Source: Cenococcum geophilum
Lineage: Eukaryota
Length of the DNA: 64,000 bases
NCBI GenBank assembly: GCA_050273025.1
Contig: CP158635.1
Span: 1,240,001-1,304,000, forward strand
Reading direction: 5' to 3'
Positions within the stretch are counted from its first letter, which is position 1. The number at the start of each line of letters is the position of its first letter. Below the pieces are notes generated by a model. The model was not told the origin of the DNA, searched no databases, and saw only the letters and a list, made by a program, of their open reading frames with translations. Below are positions 26,087 through 37,712 of this stretch, one piece after another. Both the position numbers and the translations under genes were made by a program.

Positions 26087-26240
26087 AGCAGTAGTAGCAG
26101 TAATAGTAGTAGTGGGGTAGTAGTAGGGCAGTAGGGTAGTAGTGGGGTAGTAGTAGGGTAGTAGTAGGGTAGTAGTAGGGTAGTAGTAGGGCAGTAGTAG
26201 GGCAGTAGCTGGGTAGTAGGAGGGTAGTAGTAGGGCAGCT
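26087..26240. repeat. (gtagtaggg/gcagtaggg)n degenerate minisatellite
   Basis: Directly visible just after the end of the helicase frame. Confidence 0.85.
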
Positions 26241-28144
26241 ACTTAATTTTTAAAAGGACTTCGTCCTAAAAGAACAAAAGCTTGCCGCAGGCGTGAGGAA
26301 TATGTAATTTTCTAAGGAACTGCAAATTGCCGGCTATAAGTCGGCAATTTCAGAATTTTCCTTGGAAAATTGCTTATTTCTCGTCTATAAGCACTCCGTC
26401 TAGCTATATAATATATTTTAAAACGTATTTACGTAAGCTTAAAAGACTTTCTTCTCTATTATATACTATCTATAGGCCTTTTACTATAATATTATCTAGA
26501 AATGGTAAGGTATAGTATGGGATATATTGTTCTAGGATCTTAGTAATTATTTATATAAACTAGGCTACGGAATTTATACCTCTTATAGGTATCGTTATTT
26601 ATTATTAAAGTCTTAAAGGTATTATAAAGGCTATTAGGTTCCTGCTTTCTATATTAAGCTTTAACTAGTTATAGCTAAAGAGGAAGTCTACTAGAGATAT
26701 AACCTTATACTCGATAAACTCTTTAGAAAACTTATTAGTATATAGTAGTAGATTTATGTCCCTAATTATTACTTCTTAAATATATATAATCTAGATAATC
26801 TAGAGGACTATAGTATAGTAAAGGATAAGGAGGTTAATATGGAGGGTATATAGATAGTAGAGGAAGAAAGTAAGGTCGCTATAAATTAAAGACGGGATAA
26901 AACTGTAGAGCTTATATAGAGAGGCTATTACTAGATAATTACGAGGCCTTTATAATATATAGGTATATAATCTATAAGCATATTACTATACTAAATTATA
27001 TACTAATATATCTCACCGCTATATAACGCGCTTTAAAAAAGTTTTTAATATAATAATTGTTACAGGACTTTAAAAATACTATTAAATTGATCGGCAGAAG
27101 TAGCTTTATAGTTGATTAACTTTTGGGCCTTATATATATACGCCTATTGCATTATTATAGCTAAATCTTACGTTAGGTCTTGCGATACGTCTTATATCGT
27201 TAAAATTTATATAGGAACTATATATAATCTTTAACAAAATTGTTAAAGCTAGCAATATAAGGTCTAGAGCTATATATAGGCTTAAAATAATTGCAAAAGC
27301 TAGGTTTACTAATAGTTAAATTTTAGCTTTTATATATATACTTATATACTTATTATAATATTATAGAAAATGTTTACATGCCTAATAATAGGGATTTGTT
27401 TTAACGAAAATGATCTTAACTCTAGGGGGTTATGGCTGATTTAGACTAGATATTTATAAAATATTAGGTTGTCTCTCTAATCGATTTACTTTCGGTAGTA
27501 CCCTAAGCTATTATAGTTAAGCAATTTAACTGTAAGTATAGAGAAAATTATAGATACCGTTTACGCGCTTAACAAATGTTGCGAAACGCCCTTAGACGTT
27601 GCACTACGAACTTAGTTAGTCACCCGCTTGCGGGCCGATTAACTCTTACCTTAGCGAGCTCAGACGCGATTTTTTAGCTAGCATTAGAATAACCTAAGCC
27701 GTCTTCCGAATTGCAAAATCACGTCTGAGAGGGTTTGGTGAGTTTTGTTAAAAGCATAAGTAAAATCTATAAAACGGATATTACGGATATCTAATTTATT
27801 TATTTATATAACGCGTTATTGTTACTAAAAGTTAATACAATATTTTTAAGACCTAGGGCTTCTAAATGGTATAAATTTTATAATACGGCTATTGCTTAGT
27901 CCTGATATTAATTTTGTTAAAGTTAAAAAACGCGTTGTTAAAAGCATAAGCATATATTGTATCTTATTGAGTAGTCTGCTAATATAGATAAAACTATATA
28001 GATATATAGACATCTACTACTTAAAGCCATTGCAGCACTTAGTAGGTGCTATAGTTAGGTCCTTCCTTAAAAATATCCTCCCTTGGCCTGGAGTGCCTCT
28101 ACTATTACTAGGGGGCAGAACCTCGTGCAGAGCCTTAGTAAAGC

Positions 28145-31100
28145 TAGACTTGCTAATAAGTAAGCAAAACCCTGCTTGCTTGCTTGCTTGCTTATCTTAA
28201 TAGTAAGTAAGCAAGCAAGTAAGAGGCCTTATTTTAGGCAATTAAGCAAGCAAAGGGGGGGTTTACTTGCTTGCTTGCTTGTTTATTGCTTGTATATAGT
28301 TAATTTAGTAGTAGCGGTAGTTGGTAATAGACCTTTGGTGTTTTTAAAGTGGCCGAGGTAATGCAAATAGTGTAAACATGCCCTTTTGGGCAACCGCTAA
28401 GCCTATTTTAAACGGTTTTCCGCGCCGACCAAAAGTCTTACGTAGCTTACAGTAAATAATAAATACCTTCCTATGCCTATCCGCCACTAACTCCACCAAT
28501 TTAATAGAACCCACTTAGCCACCGCTACTACTATGGTATAGGACCCTACCAACGCGAATGTGAGCGCGATAGCCGCAGAAAACCCCTTAGCCCCTACAAT
28601 CTTATTGTTAGAAGCCGAGCTTGCAGACGACGATAATATTAACAATTATGATGGCATTAACTGGAAACGACTTCCGGATTTTTAAAAACCCTATTATAGC
28701 TTAAAGCGGACGCCTAGCTTTATCTATAAATATAGGTATAGGTGCTAAAGTCGTGTAAAGCTGGAGTAAATTATCTTTATCTGTAAGTACTGCCACTAAT
28801 ATAAAATTCTTAACTGTGGAGGTCCTGGTTGTTATAATATATTAAATGCTAATACTACTGCTTAAACGTATCTTGCTAAAAATACTCCTGGTTATAGATA
28901 TGATAAAAATGGAGAGATTATATCTAAATTAAAAAAGCGCGGGCATACCGTTCTTAAGCAACTTTAGGCTTTAGGCTAATACGTCTCTTAAGAAGCTGCT
29001 AACGCGATTATTGGCGGCTTTAATACATCTATATTTAAGTAATTAGCTATTAATTGGCTTACCGAAAACAACCACCTGCTACGAGAGTTTGAAACTTTAT
29101 CTTTCCGCCGTATAATATAAATTGCAAATCCTAAGGCTAAGCGCGTACTCTGGCTCAATTATTAAGCGGTAGCAGACTACGTACTGGCCGACTATAAAGC
29201 GTACCTCCCCTCTATTACTAAGACTCTCGCTGCCTCCAGATTACTCCTATATATATCCTTTAATGGCTGGCAGACCCCTAATGGTAAGCTTGCTCTTACC
29301 GGCGTATATATATATTACCTTAACGAGGAAGGTCGTATAGTGGACTATATGCTTACTTTACCTACGCAGCTCGGCTAGCACTTAGGAATTAACTACACGG
29401 AAGTTATTAGTAACGTCCTTAATACGTTTAAGATTACAAAGGAGCAGCTTGGCTACTTTATCACTAATAACGCCCACATAAATAATACTTGTTTAGATTA
29501 TCTGGCAGTTAAATTTAGCTTCAACAAAGCCTATAGGCGTGCCCGCTGCGCTTGCTATATCCTAAATCTAGTTGCTTAGCAGCTTATGTTTGGTAAGAAT
29601 AAAGAAGCTTTTAAAAACGAGGATGCGAATATACTGAAAGAAAAAGAGTTCCTAGAGTAGTGGCGAAAGGAAGGACCGCTTGGAACACTCTGTGACCTTA
29701 TTAATTTAATCAACACGCCTTAGCTTGTGCAGCTATTTAAGCAATATTAAGTTAATAAGAACATGCCTCCGTAGAAAGGCTTCTGAATTAAGCAGCTTAT
29801 TAAGCCCGTTAAGACCTATTGGAATAGCTACCATGCTGCCTTTAAACGAGCTACCGAACTCTAAGCGCCTCTTAATTTGTTTGCTTAGTACCAGATAATA
29901 AAATATAAAAAGGAAACAGCCTTACTTAGATCTAAAGGCAAGAAGGTGCCCGAGCCTCGCCGCTATATTGCCGTTGGCGGCTTAAACGCATACGATTGGT
30001 TAATTATTAATAAATACATGGAGATCCTTAGCCCTCTTAAAGAAGCCACGAGCTTAGTAGAAGGCAGAGGCAAGGCTAGTAAACACGGCGCGATTTAGGA
30101 GGTCATTCCTACGTTTAATTGGCTGCTTAGAGTCTTTAAAGAAAAGAAGGATTACGTCGCTAAAGCTATAACAGAGGACTATCCGAATTAAGAAGCTATA
30201 GAGGATTATTTTATAATTAATCTAAACGCGGCCTGGGCAAAGCTGAACGACTACTACCTTAAGCTTAATAATACTCCAGTATATTACGTAGCAGTCCTTC
30301 TACATCCTTATTTTAAACGCTTCTGCTAGAACGCGTAGAGGGATAGGCCCGATTAGATTATTAGCGGCGACGCTGCCTTTTAAACTCTCTGGCTTTAGTA
30401 TAAAGATCGTTTACTACCTTTATTAGCGGAACCAGAGGCACCGCCTCCAAAGCGCGTGCGAGCCTTTGCCGGCCGTAATAGTTATATTAACGCCTACTCT
30501 GGTGCCTTAATACTAAGCCAGATGGTCTGCGAGGACGAGTACGCGCGGTGGAAGTTGCTTAATTCTCTACTAAAGGAACACCCGTTGGCCTAGGATCCAA
30601 TTAAGTACTGGTGGCAGATGCAGATCGAGTTTCTACGCCTCGCCTAGTTCGCCTTTAATATACTAACTATACTAGCTATAAGCTCAGATTGTGAGCGAGG
30701 ATTTAGTGAAGCTGGTGATCTACTAGAGCCTCGTTGATCTAGGCTGCAGCCAATAATAATTGCTGCTCTACAATGCACGCGTTCTTGGAAGAAGATGGGT
30801 TATAAGAAGGCCGCTAGAGGAGGTAGTAAGTCTATTAATTTATATAAAGCTAATAGCTAATAAAGGAACAGCTGCTACACCTTCCTCTGCTACCTCCCGA
30901 TCCTCTACACCACGCCAAGATCGCGATATACGCGCTGCCTTTACCGAGTCTGCCTCATAAACTGCCTCCGAGCCGCGCGAACAAGCCTATACCTTATACT
31001 ACAATTGATTGGTGGAGGAGCTTAGTGGGCAATATACTGCTACTGGGCGAAGCCATGGCGGATTTTCTATAGAACTTCAAATTCTATTGTCTTGGCAAGC

Positions 31101-31234
31101 AATTAGCAAGCAAGCAAGCAAGCAGACGTGATTTTGAGGCTAACAAGCAAGCAAGCAAGCAGAGGGCTCCCAAATCGGGCAATCAAGCAAGCAGATGGGT
31201 GTTTTGCTTGCTTGCTTGCTTATCAGCAAGTCTG
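28145..31234 (+). mobile_element. hAT DNA transposon (3090 bp)
   Basis: TIR (c/t)agacttgct(g/a)ataag; 8-bp TSD agtaaagc at 28137-28144 and 31235-31242; subterminal (gcaa)n/(ttgc)n arrays at both ends. Confidence 0.95.
28533..30860 (+). pseudogene. hAT transposase, RIP-inactivated
   Basis: DGI.WKRLP, FICKYCH (BED-like), SF(D)GW.TPN, IT(D)NA..N(D)T, RCAC(H)ILNLVA, T.WNS, AAVLL(H)P and SSDCERGFS (dimerisation domain). Confidence 0.9.
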
Positions 31235-31242
31235 AGTAAAGC

Positions 31243-31470
31243 CTCATGCAGAGCCAGTAGAGCTTCGTGCAGAGCTTCGTGTAGAGCCTTAGCAGAGCCT
31301 TAGCAGAGCTCCGTACAGAGATTCGTGCAGAGCCACGTGCAGGCGTGCAGACGTGTAGCTGTGCAGACGTGCAGACGTTTGTACGGGCGATCAATTGCAG
31401 AGACGTTTGTAGAGGTGATTGTATGGGCAATTGATCAATTAATTGTATGGGCGTTTGTACGGGCGATTGT
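31243..31470. repeat. Mixed short tandem repeats (gcagagcc/cgtgcaga; ttgtatgggc)
   Basis: Directly visible; continuous with 28115-28144 on the other side of the hAT insertion. Confidence 0.75.
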
Positions 31471-31667
31471 AGAACCTTCCTAGTATATTAGTGCTGCGTG
31501 TTAGTAGAGCTTTAGAGCTCTATATAGGTGAAGAAAAGAGACTATATATGCATGAGGTAGGTGGCGAAACGCTGATAACAATAGAGCTGACGACTACGAT
31601 TTGTAATTGCCACTGTCGACAACGCCACTCAGTCAGTATTTTGTAATGGGAATTGACAAAAGGGCTT

Positions 31668-31935
31668 TGAGTAGAGCTTCGAGCAGGCTTCGAGCAGAGC
31701 TTCGAGCAGGGCTTCGAGTAGAGCTTCGAGCAGGCTTCGAGCAGAGCTTCGAGCAGGGCTTCGAGCAGAGCTTCGAGCAGAGCTTCGAGTAGAGCTTCGA
31801 GTAGAGCTTCGAGCAGAGCTTCGAGCAGAGCTTCGAGCAGGGCTTCGTGCGGAGCTTCAAGCAGGGCTTCGTGCGGAGCTTCATGCAGAGCTTTTGCAGA
31901 GCTCTGGTAGAGCTCCGTGCAGAGCTCCGTGCAGG
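31668..31935. repeat. 12-bp minisatellite (gcagagcttcga)n, about 20 copies
   Basis: Directly visible tandem array; it explains the several low-complexity track ORFs here. Confidence 0.92.
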
Positions 31936-33817
31936 TCTCCCCCTGAGCTTCGTTCTGCAGAGCTCTCGCAAAGCTCCACAGCTCTACGCAGAGGGCTGGC
32001 GGCGTGGGCGTTGGTGTTTACTGCGCGGCTTGGCGGTGCAGAGGTGGAATTAGGGCCTCTACGGCGACGAATTCCTCTTAACGTCGCGCGTGTATAAGGA
32101 GCTAAAGATCTCATAACTTATAGAGTAGGCTTTTCTCTATAATTTGGTGTAATTTTTATATTGGCAGGTTTTGTGGGAGGGTAAATTAATTTCGTTAAAG
32201 TTAATGAGGTCTTCTCATATAAACCGTGTTTAGGTTTCTACAAAGCTCGCCAAAGTGCCTCAGACCAAGAAAACGATTACCGTCCTAAATCAGCTTAGCG
32301 GACGGTGCGGATATTCCTATATCCGTAATCGATTTCTTGGTCTGGGCTTCTGAGGTAAGATTGACTCCATACTAACAGAATCACGTCTAAGTTTGCTAAG
32401 GTGAACGTCTAAGCTCGTTAAGGTAAATACAAATGTAACTGTAGATATACTATTGATATCGACGATTAATCTATATACGGCTAGTAGAAGGCTTAATTAA
32501 CACGCGCTTTCAACCATATATACTGGGGTAGTGTACGGAGGTCGCTAACATCTAAATTTGCACCTTCCTAATTAGGAAAATTGACTTACCGCCCACCGGC
32601 AGAATATGAATTTTAACGATAGACGCATTAAATTCGTTCCTAAAGCTTCAAATAAAAGGCAATATATAGATAATTGATTAATTAATTAATAAACTAGCTA
32701 TTTGGAAGGTGACGGCGACTGCGCGGGCGCAGCTTCCTGCCCTGCGACGACTCCGCTGAGGCCTCTACTGCTTAGGCGGAGGCCTCTACTGCTTGAGCGG
32801 AGTCCTCTGCGCCCTCGATTTGAGGCCTTAATTCTGCCTTCTTGGCAAGCTTTTGTATAGAGTCTTGGTGTTAAATGTATTCTAGAGGACGCTCTGCAGG
32901 ACGCTCTGCTTGGCGCAGACTGCCAGCAGAGCTACCAGCAAAGCCTTCCGCAGAGTCTCTAGAGCCTCCAGCAGAGCTACCAGCAGAGCCTGCCGCAGAG
33001 CTACCTGTCAGCCAGGCAGGTATCACGAATGACATATAGCTAGCTGATTGATATAGAGACACAGAATTGAACGATTGATCTGTTTTATTTAAGGTGGCTC
33101 CAAGAGCCCTAATATATATAATAGAATTGACCCCCTATAGGGGTCCCTAGAGGGTGGTGTAATAAGACGATATTAGGCTAATACTAATATCTAACAGCCG
33201 TCGTCACAGGTCAATATTACCCATAGGTAAAGCTACCTCCGTGGCCAACACACCCCCTTAGATCTGGCGTAGAGCGGCAGAGCTGGATTACTGGATTAGG
33301 TAGTCGTGATAGACGAGCTAGTAGTAAGCTTTGCTAAGCGTTAATTAACTAGATGTCTAATATCGCGGAGCCCTACCACGTCGACGAATTTTTAATGATT
33401 TTGCTTTAATAGAGCTTTAGTTAGTCCATCTGCAACTATCTCGCTTATCGGTACCCATTATACAACAAAGCTTCCATTTTAGACTTTTTGGCGAAGCCAA
33501 AATTAATACTAGCGTCTATATATTGCTTGGCAGCATCTACCTCAGCAACGCACAATGCTGAGACCTCCTGCAATATTCGCGAATATCGAACGCAGTCACT
33601 ACGTGGCTAATTCGCTTTTAATATCGCTAAACTTATTAATATTCATTATATATCTATCATCCATTCGTTTAAGAATTATTTTATAACGCTATTACCGCTT
33701 ATGACCAACTAGGAGATTTGTACGCGTGTATAATCCTAATAAGCAAACCCACCTGGACGACCTACCTTAACTACACTATCGTCTATAACCGCTATACCCT
33801 CCTTTACTAGTTCTATA

Positions 33818-34708
33818 ATGCCGTCTGAGGCTAATATACGCGCCGCTGCCGTAGAAGAGCGCGAAATTGCTAAAGAGTAAAGGGAATAAGCCTAAGATAA
33901 AAGGGAGATTTAGAAGTATAAGGAAGAGCGTAAAGCCCGCCTAGCGGAGGAGGCTCGCCAGTATAAATACCACCTGGCTTGAATGGCTTAATTATAGTTA
34001 GGCTTGGCCGCTTCGGCCTTATAGGCTACTATAACAGCTGCTATAGCTAATATCCTTGGTAAGCCTCTCCCTCCTAGCGTAAAGTCGCTTGAACTCCGCC
34101 TTCCTGGCGTTATAAAAAGGGATTACCTGGACATTTTTAAGGGTACCTTTAATCTAGTAAACCTCGCCTATCTTTAAGTCTATACCGCTTAAATTAAGAT
34201 CGCTGATGAGACACGGATTAAGAATGGTACTCTGGTTATAAGGAAGGTAAAGGTAGATAGGAAGCTATTTATAGATAAAGGCGTCTGGTTTAAAGGTTTT
34301 ACTAACTATATGGTTATTACTGGCACCCTTTATATATGCCCGCTAGACCTTATCGCTAGTATGCTTCTCTAAATAAATATAATTCGTACCTTATTAACCT
34401 AGTATATCTAGGTAGGTTGCATACTTAATTTAGCACTTAACTATTATACCTTTATGATAACTAATGGCTAACTAGAGCCCGCTAATTGGCAAATGCTAGC
34501 CTAGTATATAGCGCCATACCTTACGATGTTTAGTGCTATTAGCTTTACTGCCTTAAAGAGACCTAGATTAAATACCTCCTATACCTCTAATACCTGCCGT
34601 AGGTTTAATAGTAGAGGCTGCGATAATATAGCTTGTAAATACCCCTATAAGTGCTTAAAGTATAGTAAAGATTATACTGTATTATCTAAAGCTTGCGCCT
34701 AGGAATAG
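33818..34708 (+). pseudogene. Ngaro gag-like ORF1
   Basis: ATG at 33818; coiled-coil-like N-terminus; C-terminal CRRFNSRGC...CKYP(H)KC.K(C)..D(H) zinc finger. Confidence 0.8.
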
Positions 34709-36400
34709 TAAGGCGAACCTTATAAAGTAGGGTCTAGCCTAATAATAACACTAACTTTAATTATATGCCTAGGACCTAGGCCTAATACGTTACTATTATT
34801 CTCTACCTTTGTAGAGGCGAAGGCTCTTTATTACTCTCCATCGCCCCTAAGGATCTTAGCGTGGCACTTCCTTTTATTTAATTACCTGGGCAATCTACTA
34901 GCTATCTTAGTAGGTATTCTAACCTATAGCTGCGAGATAGGAGCTGAGTCTATCCCTACCCTAAGATCTTATAGGAACCATAACTCCTCTTAAAATAACG
35001 CCGACCTTATCTCTAAGAAGATAATATTAGACCTTAAAAAAGGACATATTAGAATTACGACAGGGCCTATTATAGTCTTACTTCTTAGCCTAGTGCTAAA
35101 ATTGGATGGAGAATACCGCCAAATTTACGATCTCTCCTTTCTACTAGTATCTTTAGTTAATGACGCAATTCTAGAAGAATATAGAGCACTAGTATACACT
35201 ATAGTTACCGCTATTTAAGCCTATATTATTTCTGTAGGTTGTAGATGTCTATTGCTTAAAAGAGATATTAAAGACGCGTTTTATATAGTCCCCCTATCTT
35301 ATAGGGTAAGAACATTAATGGGCTTCTCCTGGGAAGGTGTTACCTACTAGGAATACTGCCTATCCTTTGGTCTTTAAACTGCGCCGCTTATATTTAACCT
35401 CTTCGCGGAAGGCCTGCACTAGATACTCTATTTATAACTACTTTATAAGGTAGAACACTACCTAGATGACTTTATCTTTATCCTTGCCAACCTAAATAAC
35501 TTAGCGGCTGTTACCTAGACTTACATCTCTATTACTAACTCCCTAGGTATCCCTTAAAATAGCTCTAAAGATATAGCAGGAACTGTTATTAAAGTTCTAG
35601 GATATACTATTAATACCGTATAAATGTAAACGTAATTATTACTATAGAAACAATTATGTGCTATTAAGAAAGTCACTACCGCACTCTAATATGGCTTATT
35701 ATCATTCCTTTAAGCCTAGTAGCTTGCGGGCTACCTTATATAGTGCGCCCACGTAATTAGATTTGGTTGATCTTACTCTAAATCCCTCTAGATTTTTATT
35801 ACTGCTTAGCTAGAGACTTTGGTAAATAAGTATAAACCTAGGCGATTTAGTACTAAGTTACAAAGTGACTTATATATCTAGCTTAACCTACTTACTACGA
35901 GTAATAGGGTATTATTCTTTAATGATATTAAGCGTACCTATATTTATTTCTTTACTAACGCCTCTACCCGGTTTAGGTTTAGCGGCTTTTACTTTTTTAA
36001 AGAACTTAAATACAAGGATGACTAGTAGTGGTATATAGCTAACTTCCCTTAATTTTAGGCGTTTAGTATATTACCTAAGCCCAGTTAATAAGTAGACTAT
36101 ATTAATCCAAAAGAGATGCATGCTATTGCTTACGCATTTAATCTATGGTCTACCAACTGGCAGTATAGCGCGCTATCTATTTATACTAATAGTATAGTGG
36201 TTTACTAGGGCATTAAGAAGACTGTTATCTGTAGTGTAGCAAATAAATCGCTCTGTAAGATTATGCTAGCTACTATAGCTTATAATATTACAATATCCGC
36301 GAAGTGGATCCTAGGTGATTTAAATGGCTTGGCTAATACACTATCTTAATTCTAGGCCGCGGCTATCTATTAGTTCTACCTACACTAAGCCCTTAATTTA
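34700..36400 (+). pseudogene. Ngaro reverse transcriptase-RNase H
   Basis: KRDIKDAF, LSFGL.TAP.IFN, HYLDDFIF (35456-35479), FT(D)AST, INPKEM.AI, WI.GD.NGLA(D).LS. Confidence 0.88.
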
Positions 36401-37467
36401 TTACTACTAAAGCTAATAAGTTTTTAATAGGTGCCGTAAACCTAACGGACTACTTACAACCGCCTATAAACTTTAAAGATAATGTTAACGCGCTATCCGA
36501 CCTTTACGCGCTCCTTCTCTAAAACGGCCTTACGCTAGCAACCCGTAGAAACTATTCCTTAGCAGTTAATAGCTGGGAGTTATACTGCGCACTTAAAGGA
36601 GTCTCCCCTTACCTGGCCAAGCCGCGTAAACTAGGCGAATAGATTACCCGCCGCGCGTTTGGTACCTCCTAGCTATAAATAGGCAGGCTTAAGGCCGAAA
36701 CCTTACAAGCCTACGTTTCCGTAATTCGCTCGCGCCACGTGGATTATGGTATCTTAATTGCAGCATTTAAGGATCCTATAGTATACCGATTACTTACTAG
36801 AGCAGCCGCTATCTCTCCCTTAGTAAAAAAGAATAAGCAACCTATTACTAGGGATATTCTAGCCCAGGTAGTAACACACGGCCTATTGCTACTAGATGTT
36901 AACACTAATGCCGTATTTACCCTCGCATTTACTGGATTTCTACGGATAGGCGAGATTACGTATATTATGGCGGAGCTTAAGAACCAAACAACCTTCCTAG
37001 CGAAAAAGGCCACTTAACACGATATCACCTTTACGCCTAGTGGGATAACATTCCGCCTTAAATGGAGTAAAGCCGACAAGTAATACTAGGGCGTTAACGT
37101 CGCTATCGCGGTGGTAGGCGGCCCATTATACCTAGTCGCTGCTATAATAAAGCTATTTAATAGGGACCCTTAACCCCTTAACTCTCCCTTATTTAGTCTT
37201 AATAGTAAACCCTTTACCTCTTTAGGGGTTCGTAAGATCCTTTCCTTCTATCTAGTAGCTGCTAGGATTAACCTAAGTAGTTACTTAAACTACTCCTTCC
37301 GCCGGGGCGCTGCCTAGTTCGCTAAAGATTTAGGGTGTTTATATTAGCAAATTTAGCAGCTAGGTTAGTGGTTATTAGAAGCCTTTCGCCTATATATTAG
37401 GACTAAGACCACTAACCTCCGTTGCCTTAACTCTTACTTCTAGCGTAGTGTACCGCTCTTAGCGTAA
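36400..37467 (+). pseudogene. Ngaro tyrosine recombinase
   Basis: TRRNY, FTLAFTGFLRIGEIT (track ORF 36739-37017), LKWSKAD, (H)SFRRGAA, LG.W..EAFRLYI; R-K-HxxR-W-Y catalytic pattern. Confidence 0.9.
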
Positions 37468-37498
37468 GGATTACTAGGTAGTAGGTTAAGATATTAAA

Positions 37499-37572
37499 AG
37501 GGCCGCTAAGGCGCTAGTAGTAAGCGAGCTAATAGCGATTTTCTATGCTGGGCATGGAAAATCCTAATTGGT
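37499..37572. promoter_or_regulatory. Shared palindromic CCAAT module, copy D (Ngaro, after the YR stop); function inferred
   Basis: agggccgctaaggcgctag..gctaatagcgattttctatgctgggcatggaaaatcctaattgg; reverse complement of 11985-12057. Confidence 0.55.
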
Positions 37573-37591
37573 TGGCTTATAACTTAGGGTC

Positions 37592-37712
37592 GGCAGAATA
37601 TAGCAGAATACGACAATATGGCAGAACTTGGCAGAATGCGACAATGTGGCAGAATTTGGCAGAATGCGATAATGTGGTAGAATTTGGCAGAATATAGCAG
37701 AATGCGGTAATG
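37592..37712. repeat. ggcagaat-based degenerate tandem repeat in the Ngaro 3' region
   Basis: About 9 copies of (g/a)gcagaa(t/c), alternating 10- and 18-nt units. Confidence 0.8.

Noticed and set aside
26087..26240. G-rich repeat as a telomeric tract
   Set aside because: The unit is gtagtaggg/gcagtaggg, not TTAGGG, and it is internal.
28176..31430. LACLLA-type track ORFs at 28176 and 31140
   Set aside because: They are translations of the hAT subterminal (ttgc)n arrays.
31607..32114. Five overlapping track ORFs and a CRISPR-like look of the array
   Set aside because: They are by-products of a stop-poor 12-bp tandem repeat. There are no unique spacers or cas genes, and the context is fungal.
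36400..37467. Tyrosine recombinase as a Starship captain, Crypton or phage integrase
   Set aside because: It follows gag and RT/RH inside split direct repeats, which defines an Ngaro retroelement.
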